DNA of 64,000 nt from Eledone cirrhosa (Eukaryota): the NCBI GenBank assembly GCA_964016885.1, contig OZ024745.1:74958001-75022000 (forward strand), given 5' to 3'. The position numbers and the translations under genes were made by a program. Below, piece after piece: positions 29,865 through 42,606 of the stretch (position 1 is its first letter; each line of letters begins with the position of its first letter). Below the pieces are notes generated by a model. That model was not told where the DNA came from. It did not search any database and was given only the letters and a program-made list of their open reading frames with translations.

Positions 29865-31025
29865 AATAATTGTTTCTACTTTTGGCACCAGACCAGCAAT
29901 TATCCCAGTGCATTACTGGTACGAATATGTATATAATAATAATTGTTTCTACTTTAGGCACAAGGCCAGCAAATACCCAGTTCATTACTGGTACTTTATT
30001 TTATCGACCCCGTAAGGATGAAAGGCAAAGTTAACCTCGGCGGGATTTGAACTCGGATCGTAATACAAAGTAAAAACCTACTACAGTCAGTAGGCATCTC
30101 TATCAAAACACACCCCCGTCCCACCACCTCCACCCCATCCACACCGCCCCTTTCAATGTAAAGTTATGTTGGTCCCACAACATCCAGGCCGAAACAAATG
30201 AGATCGTGTAGGTGTCACGACAAAAAAACACACAGTCCACGCTGTAAATGTGGTTGGTGTTAGGAAGGGCATCCAGCTGTAGAAAACCTGCCAGACAGTC
30301 CACGCTGTAATGGGGCCGTGTAGGCAACACGGTAAAAACCTCCCAGCCCCACACTGTAAATGTGGTTGGTGTTAGGAAGGGCATCCAGCTGTAGAAAACC
30401 CGCCAGACAGTCCACGCTGTAATGTGGCCGTGTAGGCAACACGGTAAAAACCTCCCAGCCCCACACTGTAAATGTGGTTGGTGTTAGGAAGGGCATCCAG
30501 CTGTAGAAAACCTGCCAGACAGTCCACGCTGTAATGTGGCCGTGTAGGCAACACGGTAAAAACCTCCCAGCCCCACACTGTAAATGTGGTTGGTGTTAGG
30601 AAGGGCATCCAGCTGTAGAAAACCCGCCAGACAGTCCTATGCGAGCAAGACAACCACTCTTGCCTCAAGTGGGAAAACCCCCGTCCAAACCCATGCAAGC
30701 GTGGAACACGGACGCTAAACCTGATGATGATGATGATGATGATGATCGTAAAGGGACGTAACTATGCTGGAAAGCATGGCGTCCGACCCTCTACCGATAC
30801 TGCCAATCCACCGCCCTTATGTATATAATAATAATTGTTTCTACTTTTGGCACAAGGCCAGCAATTACCCAGTGCATTACTGGTACTTTATTTTATCGAC
30901 CCCGTAAGGATGAAAGGCAAAGTTAATCTCGGCGGGATTTGAACTCAGAATGGCAAGGGCTGTAACTCTATACGTCAAAGCATGGTGTCCGATCCTCTAC
31001 TGATACTGTCAATCCACCGCCCTTA
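29865..31025 (-). mobile_element. Tandem tRNA-derived SINE copies; one is split by the 30064-30746 insertion
   Basis: Reverse complement of the 25737 family; SINE sequence resumes after the gatcgtaa duplication. Confidence 0.8.
30064..30746 (+). mobile_element. RTE family B 3'-UTR-only insertion with one 63-bp and three 112-bp tandem units
   Basis: Matches 23385-23890; 8-bp target duplication gatcgtaa at 30056-30063 and 30744-30751. Confidence 0.9.
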
Positions 31026-31135
31026 TGTATAATAATAATAAGAGAAAAATATGTGTGTGAGTCTAAGTGTGTATGCCTAGATTTAATTTGAAAGAAAGAA
31101 TTAAACAGGCCACTGGGATGTTAAAATACTGGCTT

Positions 31136-32597
31136 TTAAATTAGGCAATCTGGTGCACTTCCTTCCATTTGATTATTGATCCTAGATTTGAATTGCTTGA
31201 TCAAGAGGGCTTCCTTAATTCTTAGCGTGCCTATACTGTGTTTGCTAGCTAAGACTGTGGTGGTAATGCTGTCCCAGTTTCCGCATTTGATGATGTGTTT
31301 GCAGAAGGAAGGGGAGTTAACATGGTCTTTAATATGGAGATAAAACGGTCGAAAGTGTTGTCTATGTAAAATAGATTGCATTTGTTACATTCTAGCTGTA
31401 TATTACGTAGATACGTAGGCAACAATTAGTGTTGCGGATAGAGCAATTGACTAGGGTGCATCCGTTATCCTTGTTGGGGGGTTTCCTTGTGGAGAGGCAT
31501 CTTCGCAGGGAAAGTTCAGAGTGAGCTAGTTTGATATTGAGGCCTTCTTCTGATGGCTTTGCGTATGGTGTTGGTGGTTTCCTTGCTGAGATGTGGGATC
31601 TTGAAGACGCTGTTGTTTTTCCGGTCTCTGGGCCTGGGGTTTCATCGTGGCGTGGAGAAGCTGGGTAGCCGTTAATCTGTGGAATCGTCTAATATGGGTG
31701 GCTCTAGCAGCGTCGCTGCATCGGTTGCGTAAGCCAGCTATTTCATTGAAGATGTACCTTCCTTTAGAGCTGTTGGGAAGGGCAGATTTGTAATGCACAA
31801 CAGGTCCCTGCTGGCAGCTTTGTGGTAGAAATCAGTGTGGATTTCACCGCTCAGTCTGAAATCAAGTAGAGCGGAGTCGGTGGGATGTTTGATGCTGAAC
31901 TTGATGTTATAGTCAGCCTTGTTGAAAGATTCGAAAATCTTGGCATTCTCCTTGGTGGATGTGAGGATGAGTATAGCATCCACATATCTAGAGAAGAAAG
32001 CGCAGTGTCGCAGGATCTGAGTACTTGGCGTTCTAGTCTGTTCATATATGAAATGGCCAGTAAACCTGAGAGGCTGGATCCCATGGGTAGTCCAGAGGTC
32101 TGTCAGTAGGTTTGTCCCAGGAAGTTGAAAAAGGCATTGTTTACAATGATGGATAGGAGCTGGTGGCTGTCGGTGGTGGTGAGGGCGAAACAATCCAGGT
32201 CGCTGAAACCAACACATTCAGTGAGTATGTCCACTGCCGAGTGTGCAAGTACCGATATGTAGAGGGATACATCTAGGCTGAAGGCGTATCTGTTGGATTT
32301 GAGGGTGTCATGGTCTAGTTGGTTGAGTTGTTGGATGACATCATCCGAGCTGTAGACGTGGCCCAGGAAGGTTGTCAACAGTGGGGCTTTAAAATCTTAG
32401 ACAGAAGCCAAGAGATTTTATAAGATGGTCCTTCAACACTGGAGACAATGGGTCTAATTTTCAAGTCAGGTCCTTCTTTGTGGGTTCTGATCAGGTGGTA
32501 AAAGTTGAGCAGCCTGCTGCTTCTCATTATGTAATTGTACTGGAATCTTTTCGGGAGCCTTCATCGGTCGCAGATGTTGGTCCAGGCGGTGTTGATC
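31136..32597 (-). pseudogene. Decayed Penelope-like element RT + GIY-YIG endonuclease
   Basis: Frameshifted pieces: FYHLIRTHKEGPDLKIRPIVS, AFSLDVSLY, MGSSLSGLLA, SRYVDAIL, IKFSI, LRIKEALLIKQFKSRIN. Confidence 0.88.
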
Positions 32598-32828
32598 CGA
32601 AATTTTAACGTATTTTCATTACATTTAACTTAAATCTGCCTTCTTAAGAAGTCATCTCCAATCGATCCTTTAAGTCTTTCACAGTGATACTCCGCTGATA
32701 ATGGGTTTTTAAACTCGAAAATATTTGGGATTATTAAATTTGCTAAAGTATAATTCTATTGTTATCTTAGCAATTTTAATTTTCTAGTGCATTGTATGGT
32801 TTGCAAAATTATTTAAATTTGTGTCTCC

Positions 32829-32910
32829 TATTCAACAATGCTTCAAGCTAACTTCAACACTATATATATATATATATAGTGTTGAAGTTAGCTTGAAGCA
32901 TTGTTGAATA
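32829..32910. repeat. Perfect 82-bp palindrome with (TA)9 centre
   Basis: 32-bp arms tattcaacaatgcttcaagctaacttcaacac and its reverse complement. Confidence 0.9.
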
Positions 32911-32967
32911 TATATATATATTGTTGAATATATATATATTGTTGAATATATATATATATATTGTTGA

Positions 32968-32999
<32 letters not shown>

Positions 33000-33031
33000 T
33001 CCAGGTTATATCAAGGGTAACCACAGTTAGT

Positions 33032-33160
33032 AAGGTACTCAATACATTAGTAGAGTGTAAACATCATGTTTAATATAGAAATCGCTTCTACAGGCTTTCC
33101 TGATGATTTCTTTTGAATGAAACAATTCTAGTCCTGTAGAAGCCATTTCTATATTAAACA
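33032..33160 (+). mobile_element. Small fold-back element with hammerhead-like core (probable PLE remnant)
   Basis: 28-bp arms 33067-33094/33133-33160 enclosing CTGATGA-tttc-tttt-gaat-GAAAC...GTC; relatives at 46.1 and 56.8 kb. Confidence 0.55.
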
Positions 33161-33197
33161 TTATACATATACATTATATATATATATATATATATAT

Positions 33198-33965
33198 AAT
33201 ACCCGAATTACTTGATCGTTTTTTGGGCTATGTGAATGATTGTTTAACCATCGTCTCAGTCTGTTTGGCCTTTAACGTTTGTTATAGCTCTGGTTCATCT
33301 GAATCATTGAGCACTTGCCTCACATCTCGGTTGTTTTTCGTTATTTCGTGGGCCGAAATGCGAATCTCGATAATTTATGTTTGTATTTATCTCCAGACTC
33401 TAGCTATTGACCAGTTAATTTTCTTGATTTTTTAGTTGATTCTATTGACTGATGAATAGCTTATGTTAATTTTAACCTTCTGTTGAGAACTCTATTCGAT
33501 TTGTGATGTTTTTACATTCTTACAAAAATATACACAACTGAATTTATTTGCCTGATATAGGGGCTGCCTCCCTTGCCGATCCCCACGTGGAGTCAGCAAT
33601 AGTCAGTCCTTGTATTAACATTGAACTAAACCTGTTGAGAAAGTGGCTTCCTTGTTCAATCATCTTATCAGAAGCCTGACATTATTTATGTAAGCGGACG
33701 GTACTTGATTTAGGAGCCGCAGAAACCCAAATACTGGATTTTACCAACCTTCCAGGGGTCCGGGTAAATTTTCAATACCCGAATTACTTGATCGTTTTTT
33801 TGGCTATGCGAATGATTGTTTAACCATCGTCTCAGTGTGTTTGGCCTTTAACGTTTGTTATAGCTCTGGTTCATCTGAATCATTGAGCACTTGCATCACA
33901 TCTCGGAGGTTGCTTTTCGTTATTTCGTGGGCCGAAATGCGAATCTCGATAATTTATGTTTGTAT
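33198..33965. repeat. ~190-bp direct repeats (33198-33386, 33774-33965) around a ~390-bp unique core
   Basis: Direct alignment by eye, offset 576 bp, few differences. Confidence 0.85.
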
Positions 33966-33971
33966 ATATTT

Positions 33972-34135
33972 TCATTTCATTTCATTTCATTTCATTTTAC
34001 GTCCACTTTTTCCCTGCTTGCAAGGGTGGGACAGGAACTGATTCTGGCTTGATTTCTACAGCTGGATGCCCTTCCTAACACCAACCTCATTTACAGTGAG
34101 TGCTGGGTGCTTTTTTGCCGTGGCACCTCCACAAC
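33972..34135 (-). mobile_element. Short bipartite RTE-derived SINE-like element (family A 5'-UTR motif + family A 3' tail)
   Basis: Head resembles 6252-6322; tail matches 8684-8720; ends in (AAATG)n. Confidence 0.72.
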
Positions 34136-34167
34136 CACTTTGCAGTGGAATGATATATATATATATA

Positions 34168-34524
34168 TATCATCATCATCATTTTACGACCACTTTTCCC
34201 TGCTTGCAAGGGTGGGACGGGTCCTATTCAGCACAGCATCTCTCCACTTGTCACGGTCCTTTGTCATCTCTGTGAGCTTCAGCGATCTGAGGTCTGCTCT
34301 CACCACCTCCGCCCATGTTTTTCGTGGTCCTCCTCTATTGCGTCTTCCTTCTACTGGGATTTCTTGGCACTTCTTTACCAAGTGGTCATCCTCCATCCGC
34401 ATCACATGTCCATACCATCGCAGTCTTCTTTCCCGCACACTACAACTTATACCTCTTATACACAGTTTCTCTCTCAACTCATCTATGCTTGGTCGTTCAC
34501 GCACATTGACATTGCACATCCAAC
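34168..34524 (-). mobile_element. RTE family A 3' fragment with (GAT)n tail
   Basis: [19 protein letters not shown]...RRLRWYGHV; aligns to 8655-9030. Confidence 0.88.
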
Positions 34525-37259
34525 AGATATATAATCACACACATATACACACTATAAAATCACTCACACACACTCACAGATAGCAAATCCTCAAATTGTG
34601 TTTCAAGATTATTTTTTGGTTGGTTTCCCTCTTTCTGTCACACTGAAAGGAGAAAGCAGTGGCTGTGCTAAAGAATTGATAAAGATTGAAAGAAATTATT
34701 TTAAAGTGAGCTTGATTAGATTGTAGGCAAAGAAAGAAAGAAGAAAAGAGAAAGAAATAACCAACAGTCAGCAGAGTTGTCATGAGTAAAACAGGAAACA
34801 TGGAAAAAAAAAGAGTTCTACATTGGAGAGGGTGAATTAGAGAGGTGAGATGATAAAATAACATTTGTCTAGTTGTGGTTAAGCAACAGCAAGAGAGAGA
34901 AATAGAGAGGCATATTCATGTATTACATCAAAGTGTGTGTATTAGGGAGAGCATTGGTGGCAGCTTTTGATTGAGAGAGAAATGAAAAGAAAATGAAATA
35001 TGTAAGTTGGTAAGAATGAGAAAAAAGAGTGCAAATAAAAATAAGAATAACTGACAGAAGACAAAATGGAGAACAAGAAGAAAATGAAACCAAGCTTGCT
35101 CCATTTTATCCAGAGAGTTGTAACAGAAGAGAGGAAGAATAATATAGGGTAATAATAGGTGGATGGGTTGAAAACAGACAAATCAAATGCTATTCCTTGA
35201 CATACAGGTAGCATACAAGTAAGCTATAGGCTGAGTGACAGATAAAAGGGTAATGGAGGGTGCAGTAAAAGGAGACTTAAGCAAAATATAATGGACAGGA
35301 AACCTAATGTAGATTTATCATACAACCCAACCTCAATCACCACACACACACATAATCATTACCTTTAACAACTGCATTCACTGCTAGCAAGTGTTGGACA
35401 AGTTATTAGCAGACGAGGCTGATACTCAAAGTGGAGGCATTGACCCCACTGAGGGCCAAGAACCTGCATTTGCTTACAAGTACTCAGAGGAACTAACAGC
35501 CTGCAACACACTTACATATAATCCCAAATGCATTTTATCATGACACTAGCACTAGGGAGGCTGTCATGTCCTTGACACCGCTAACAAGTTCTACCAACCC
35601 TTTGTTTGGCAAGTTTTCTTCAATTGGATGCCTTTCTTATCACCACACACACACACATATACATCATTTTATATTCATTAGCATGAGCTGGACAGATCAT
35701 TACAAACCAAGTCAGTACTTATTACTGGTTACTGTCATCCTAGATGGGTTGAGGATTGCTTCTTAATACATTCTGTTTTGGTATGGTTTCTACAGCTGGA
35801 TACCCTTCCTCACACCAACCACTTATAGAGTGTACTGAGAGCATTTTACCATAGGCACTAGGCCTCTCTACCCTTATTTGGCATAGTTTATATGTGTGTG
35901 TGTAGAGAGAGAGAGAGACTTGTGAATCTGCTGTGTACCTACTAATACAAGAATGAAAAAGTTTTATTGATGATGATGTAATAAACCATAAGGTCTCTTG
36001 CCTACTTTTGATTTCTCCATCTGCTGCCTTATTTACTACCACCTCATCTACCACTCATTAATTGAGTAACAAAGGTGGGCATCTGATCTGTCCATAACCA
36101 ATCCCTCCATCATCACCCATTATCATTAACACACTACCTCTCTCTTACCATCACCCCTCTACCTTCACACTGGACCTGTCCATTTTCACATAATTTTTTC
36201 TTTCACTGTTTTACTTTCTCCCACGAGACTCTACATTGACATTTATCACACTCACCATCAACATATCTTGTGTTATCCTTATTCAACATCATTGCCACCT
36301 ATCAATACGCATCATTCTCTGCCCCCATGAGACTCTTAGCTGACACATACCACTCAGTTTTCTGTTCATCTATTCTATGACAAATATTTACTGCTATCCC
36401 ATTACATTACTCATTCTATTTTCTACTCAACCTCATACCCAGTATCAACAACCAGCATATAAAAACCACTGTCCTTCTCCTTCCTTTACCATCATATCAC
36501 TGTTTCCCCTTTCATGCTCAAAATCATCCCTTATTAGCTTCCTAGCCATCACGTTCCCTCTTTTAATCGCATCCTTAGTTTTGTTTGCCTTGAAAGAAGA
36601 GAGATGACTCTTAAGGCTTGCAGTGGACATGGTAACCTCTTTATTGATGGTACCACGATAACATGTAGCCAATACACTTGCTATAGTTGGCTACTGAATA
36701 AAGATAACATAGAGAGGACTTTTTAGTAGAGTTGAGGTCATGACTTGTTCAGCATTGATGCCAGGATAAAAACACACACAGTATGCTGTTAAAAAAGGTG
36801 TCCAACCATAGAAACCAGAAAAAAAATGGAACAAAGACATGGCCCTCTGAACCGTCTAGGAGGACAGTAATTTCAAATGACACAATATATATATATATAT
36901 GAAAGTAAACAGAAACAACAAAGCGAACAATACAGTAAATGAAGAAATATATACAAGCACAAACTCGCTTTCTTAAAGATAGTGTATTGTTACATATACA
37001 TATGTATATAGTGATAAAAAAAAACAAAGAGAAAAAAATAGGAATATATTGTCATTTTCACTCATGGAAACAACTGGATATTGTGTGTGATTTTCAAACT
37101 AGGGATTACTAAACTCAATTTATTTATAAAAAACATCTTGTACATATGAACAGTATATGATGAATATGATTTACAGAAAAGTTGTCTGCAAACAGACTGA
37201 TATAGTAGAATAGTTGGTAGTATGAGCATCAGTGACAAACTTTTTCCAACAAATCCCAG

Positions 37260-37725
37260 GAAGGATCTAAAGTGGTTGATAGCTTCTGCTACCTAGGTGA
37301 TCTAATTAGCAGTGGAGAAAGTTGCTCTGAGAGCATAGTAGTTACAATAAGAACAGGATAGAAAAATGACTAGAAATGAAGTGAGCAAGCTCCAATGGAT
37401 GTGTAATGTTAATGTGCGTGAGTGGCGAGGCATGAATGAGCTGAGAAAAAAGCTGGGTATAAGAGGAATTAGACGTAGTGTGCAGGAAAGAAAACTGCAC
37501 TGGTATGGACATGTGATGTATAGGAATGAAGATTACGGATATTCCAGTGGAAGGAAGCTGCAGTAGAGAAGACCAAGGAAGACCTGAGCAACGGTTGTGA
37601 GAGCTAATCACAAATCACTGAAGTTCATAAAAGAGAAGGTAAAGGTGTGCGACAAGTGGATAGTGTGCTGAAAAAGACCTGTCCAACCATGCAGGCATGG
37701 AAAAGTGGATGTAAAACAAAATGAT
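37260..37725 (+). mobile_element. Decayed RTE (family A-like) 3' fragment
   Basis: SFCYLGD, WMCNVNVRE, ERKLHWYGHV, tail ccaaccatgcaggcatggaaaagtggatgtaaaa. Confidence 0.75.
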
Positions 37726-38299
37726 ATATATGTGTGTGTGTATACAGAGAGAGACTTTCCTATACAACTGCTGGTTTTAGCAAAAGACAATACCATGTTA
37801 TGAAGCGGTTCATTGAAAAAGCTATACAAATAGATATACCCTATTTAAAGGGTGTGCTGTAGAAAACCCAGCTAACCCATAAAAGCATGGAAAAGTAAAC
37901 GTGAAATGATGATGACGACAATGATGTGTATGCATGTAGATGTGTATATATATATATATATATTAGATAATGTACTGGGTGCATTTTATCACGGCACCAG
38001 CACTTTTGGGTAAAGATTTATGGAAAACGTTTAAAAACAAAAGCATTTTAAGGCCATTTTCCCTACTAAAGTGGGGGTTAGCTTTGCAAGCTTGATGAAA
38101 GGATTCATATTCAACATGAGGTTCTTTACAGTTGGATGCCCTTTCTGGGGCAAATCCTTTTACTCATTTCTTAAAAAATGCAGGGATACAATGTACGTAT
38201 TCTAAACTGGATACACCAACTTTGTAACTAGCATTAGATAAGCATCCAGTTGTAAAGGGTATGTCCCCAAAATGTATACATACATACACAGACGTATAT

Positions 38300-38942
38300 A
38301 TTACTTAGTTAGGCAGGCAGATATGGCTCACACCCACACTAAAGCAAAAGAGTTATTTTTCCACACTTCTCTGTCCACCATTGCCATCTTCAGTTCATGG
38401 ATAGATTCCAAGCTAATAAGCTGCTTTAGGTGATCACCATTTTCATGCTATAGATCCCACATGTCCAGCTTTGATGCTTCTTCTTCTGGATGTTGTACAC
38501 AATGACCTGAGAATCAACATTCTCGGATCTTCTCACTTTCAGAGGGTTTCCATACAGGCATTCATTTGTAATGTGCTGTTGGCACTTAACATCAAGGACC
38601 ATACACAGCTCCTTGTATAGCGACCATCAAGATTAATTTCTGTTTGTTTCTTGAGTGTCCATATCCTGCTGCCATACAATAGCTGGGAACAAACGCATCT
38701 TTGTTCCTCTTGACAGTCTTGACTTCCTGATTTTCTGCAGTTTATGACATGCTGTCTATACTGCAACTTTCCTAATTTTATATCAGGTACCAGATATTTT
38801 CAGCTACAGTTAGCTTTGTATCATTCAATGTTCTTAGCTCATCATCAACATTCCAGTTGAAGGTGATGTACTTGGTTTTCTTCACATTTGTCTGCAGCCC
38901 AATTTTACCAGCTAAAATTTCCACTTGTGCATGCTCAATGTT
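38300..38942 (-). mobile_element. Old RTE-like RT 3' fragment
   Basis: KIGLQTNVKKTKYI, LLYGSRIWTL..., frameshifted. Confidence 0.6.
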
Positions 38943-38956
38943 ATTATATATATATA

Positions 38957-39425
38957 TCTTAGTCTTAGTTCCTCCAGTCCCTTGTGGAACATTGGGCAAC
39001 GAGCTTCCTCCACTTGATCCTGTCACTGGCGGCCCTTCTAGCACCTCTCCAGGTAATTCCCATCTCCCGCAGGTTCTCTGAATGTGCTCCGCCATGTTTT
39101 TCATGGTCTTCCCCGTTCTCTCCTGCCACCTTCTGGTACCCAATCCATGGCAATATGAGCAGGTCGATCTGCCGGCAAACGAAGGATGTGGCCCGCGAAC
39201 CGCCGTCTCCTTTTCCGGACAATGTCCCTTAACCTCTCCAATCCTGACCTCCTCATCACTTCCTCGTTGCTAACTTGGTGTCTCCATGAAATTTTCAATA
39301 TGGTCCGAATGCAACGATGGTGGAATACATTAAGCTTGTTACATACACTTTCCGTACTCTTCCATGTCTCACAGGCATATATCGCTGTTGGTACTACAAT
39401 GGACATGTAAACACGGAATTTGACG
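38957..39425 (-). mobile_element. 3' fragment of a further RTE family with (CTAAGA)n tail
   Basis: IYACETW, FHHRCIRTILKISW...SNEEV, RRRRFAGHILR, RGRP; flanked by short (TA)n on both sides. Confidence 0.85.
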
Positions 39426-39458
<33 letters not shown>

Positions 39459-39959
39459 CATCATCATCGTTTAATGTCCATTTTCCACACTAGCATGGGT
39501 AGGACGTGCTGTCCTGTTGTTAGAGATCCAGGTCGCAGGACCGTGTTTTGCTCACACAGAACTGATATATATATATATACATCGACACACACACACACAC
39601 ACACACGCATGCATAGACATATGCATACATATATGGATGCAGGTATTATGACTGAGTGTTTTGCAAGTTCACCTCAAAATAATAAGGTCCCATGTTCAAT
39701 CGCACTGCATTGAATCTTGTGAGTGGAATTAATTAGATAAACACTGTAGCAGCCTGTTGGATGGGTGTACCTGTAATACAAAGCTCTAATCTTGTCACAA
39801 ACTTTGAGAATGACAGGGATACATGTCTCTGTGGATTATTCAACCAATATATAAATACAACAGTTAAAAAAGGTACTCAATACAAGTATGAAAGTGACGT
39901 CGAAACAAGTATCCTCCACTACCAGCTAACCTACCCTCCGCCTGTGGGTCCCAGCCGAC

Positions 39960-40260
39960 AGGTTTGAGAATACATTGCCTCAGAGGACAGAGAGCGAGAC
40001 GCACTGGAACGGCCACTCCACTTCATGGGGCTCGCACATGTGGGCAGCCAACTCCGCTCCGATACCTGTGAGTAGTGATGTGGCACGGAGGCCAAGAACA
40101 CTGGAAGTCTCACTGCTACAGGCTCTACCACAAACCTATCCAAGAGTAATCAATACTTGGGAAGTTTGCCCTCTTCGGCTTGGTGGGTAGCAGAGCCTGG
40201 ACTGGTAGCCGAACGTACAAGGTTGCCAACAAATGCAGAGCATGTGGCATCCCAAATGAG
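39960..40260 (-). mobile_element. CRE-type RLE 3' fragment
   Basis: LIWDATC...AEEGKLPKY*LLLDRFVVEPVAV. Confidence 0.65.
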
Positions 40261-40899
40261 GGACCTAATTATATGTAAATTTAATAAATAGCTCAGTTGA
40301 CTGAACAACTGAATAGTCAGTCGAAACCAATTCAGGATCCATCATCATATATATATATACACACACACACATATAGTTGTACCGAAGGCAAGAAAAACGT
40401 TCCATCGTGCAGAGGCAAGGACTCTTTAAAATCAACACTGCCTGCTCTAATGACAAAGATAGAAACAAGTGCATTCCCTTCATCAACGATATTGCTCAAG
40501 CTGATGCTGGTATATGTTTAGAAGTGAGATGGTCCCATCTTAGTTCTACTATCCACAGGTCTGTCATCGAAGCATTAGGAAAAAAATGTGACATGTCAAC
40601 TGGTATGAAGCCAACCTCCAAGTTAGGAACCTGCAACACAAAGCAAAAGACATGCTCTCATTAAATGGAAGAAAGACCCAACCCAGTAAAACTTAAACTT
40701 ACTGAGGAAATCACTGGATAATTGTCTGAGGATAGCCAGAAAATGGGCTGACACCTATTGGTTGCAAGGTCATATAAAAGCAACAAACAGACCATCCTTA
40801 AAATCAAAACCTGGTGAAGCCGACACATCGAGGAAAGGTGAATGGTGCATTACCTGGAACTGTAGGACACAAAGAATACAGTCTCTGTGGAAGTTCTTA

Positions 40900-41500
40900 A
40901 CAGTATCCAAACACTAGCTATACTTGAGGAGCTAGCATTAGCAGCAGCATGAATGCCAGAAGCAAGACCATCCAACAAGTATCCTGCATCTGCTTAAGTG
41001 ATTCTGCTGGTCAACTGATAGCTCACCATGTTATGCAGATAGGAGTTAGGCTCTGAACCTCAACATAATTGTCATCAAACCAATCCCTATAACTCGTATC
41101 ATACCAGTGTTTCAGCAGCACATTGGAAAACTTGTTCTTGAAGCTCTTCCCATGTTGTCATATTTTTGACATTGGATAAAACAATCTGATGATCCTTCTT
41201 CACAGCAGGATTACGTAATTTATCAACATTCCATAACTAAGAAAGCATATCTGGCCCTCTTCATTCTCTAGCCAGTTACCATCATTAACTTTTCTGGTAC
41301 TAAACAATGGTCCATTCAGTATTCTGAACAACAAAAATCAATGACGAGATAGATATCATGCAAATGGTCACATAAGCCATTAAATGCCATGCCTTTTACA
41401 TTGGATACATCAATGTCATTGTTTGATCACTTTTGTGCATAAAGGCAATATAAAAACCATATTCTTTACAAAATTCTAGGTTCATGAGAGCACTGCTATT
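40900..41500 (-). mobile_element. Highly decayed RTE/BovB-like endonuclease-linker fragment
   Basis: LEFCKEYG, KAWHLM, WEELQEQV...AAETL, DWFDDN remnants. Confidence 0.45.
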
Positions 41501-42039
41501 CTACTTTTCATACTTGTATAGGTTGGACAGGTCCCTCTCAAACATTGCATCTCACAAATATTCTTAATTACATCATCATTCCCATTTTCATTTGTTTTCC
41601 ATGCTGGCATGCAATAGACAGGTTATTACATTCTGAGATTAGATAAGTCAGGTGACCACATCTTTGCTCAAATGTTCCATTTTGGCATGGTTGATATGGC
41701 TGGATACCCTGCCTAAGAGTGAGCATTTTACAGTGTGTACTGGGTGCTTTTTATCCTAGCACCAGTACTACCACTTTACAAAATAAATTGAGTGCCATTT
41801 TATTGCAGCACCAGCACTGTCACTTTACAAAACTAGGGCACTTGTGTCCTCAGCCGGGCTAGGAAGGACAGTAATGGGGTGGAGTGTAAGATGAGAGCAA
41901 CGCAGGTGGGTTGCAGCACATCACAATGAGAAATGGGAGGGGTGAGTAAGCATTGGGTCACGAGGATGATATCTGACAGTACATTGAGGCTTGCACCCAT
42001 CTTTCCATGCTGGCATGTGCTGGACAAGGTTTCCGCATG

Positions 42040-42606
42040 ATTTCTCTGTAGACAATTGCAAGCAACATGCTGATTGTTGTGCATCATTGCATTCTCATGA
42101 GATGCAAATGCCTTTTTTGAGCAGTCATTACTGGAGATGAGAAATGGATACTTTACCATAATGTTAAGTGAAGGCAGTGTAGTGAAAAGCCAGCTCAGTA
42201 GCCAGAAGTGGCCTGCATCCAAAGAAGATTCTTCTGAATGTGTGGTGGGATATGCAGGGAATAATTCATCACAAGCTGCTAGGCAATCGTCAATCAATAA
42301 AAATCAAAGTCTATTGCCAACAGCTAAGACATTTGAAAGTAGCTTTGCTGCAAAAATGCCCATCATTAACAAACAGAAAAGGAGTAACCCTTCATCATAA
42401 CACTAGACCTCACACTGCACAAAAGACCAAAGATCTAGAAAAATATGCCTGGGAAATACACCAACAGATTATCATCTCTTTAGAAGTTTACAAAATCATC
42501 TGAGTGGATTAAGACTTACTTTCTGAGAAGAAGACGAAAATAAATAAGTTTCCGAAAATGAATTAGTTCAAAACCTAAAGAATTTTATGAAAGTGGCATT
42601 AAAAAG
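42040..42606 (+). pseudogene. Mariner transposase remnant
   Basis: TGDEKWILY, VWWDMQGIIH, YCQQL, LHHNTRPH, DYHLFRSLQNHL, FYESGI. Confidence 0.85.

Noticed and set aside
30232-30631. Regularly spaced repeats resembling a CRISPR array
   Set aside because: Whole 112-bp units are repeated with no unique spacers; part of an RTE 3' UTR; no cas genes, eukaryotic context
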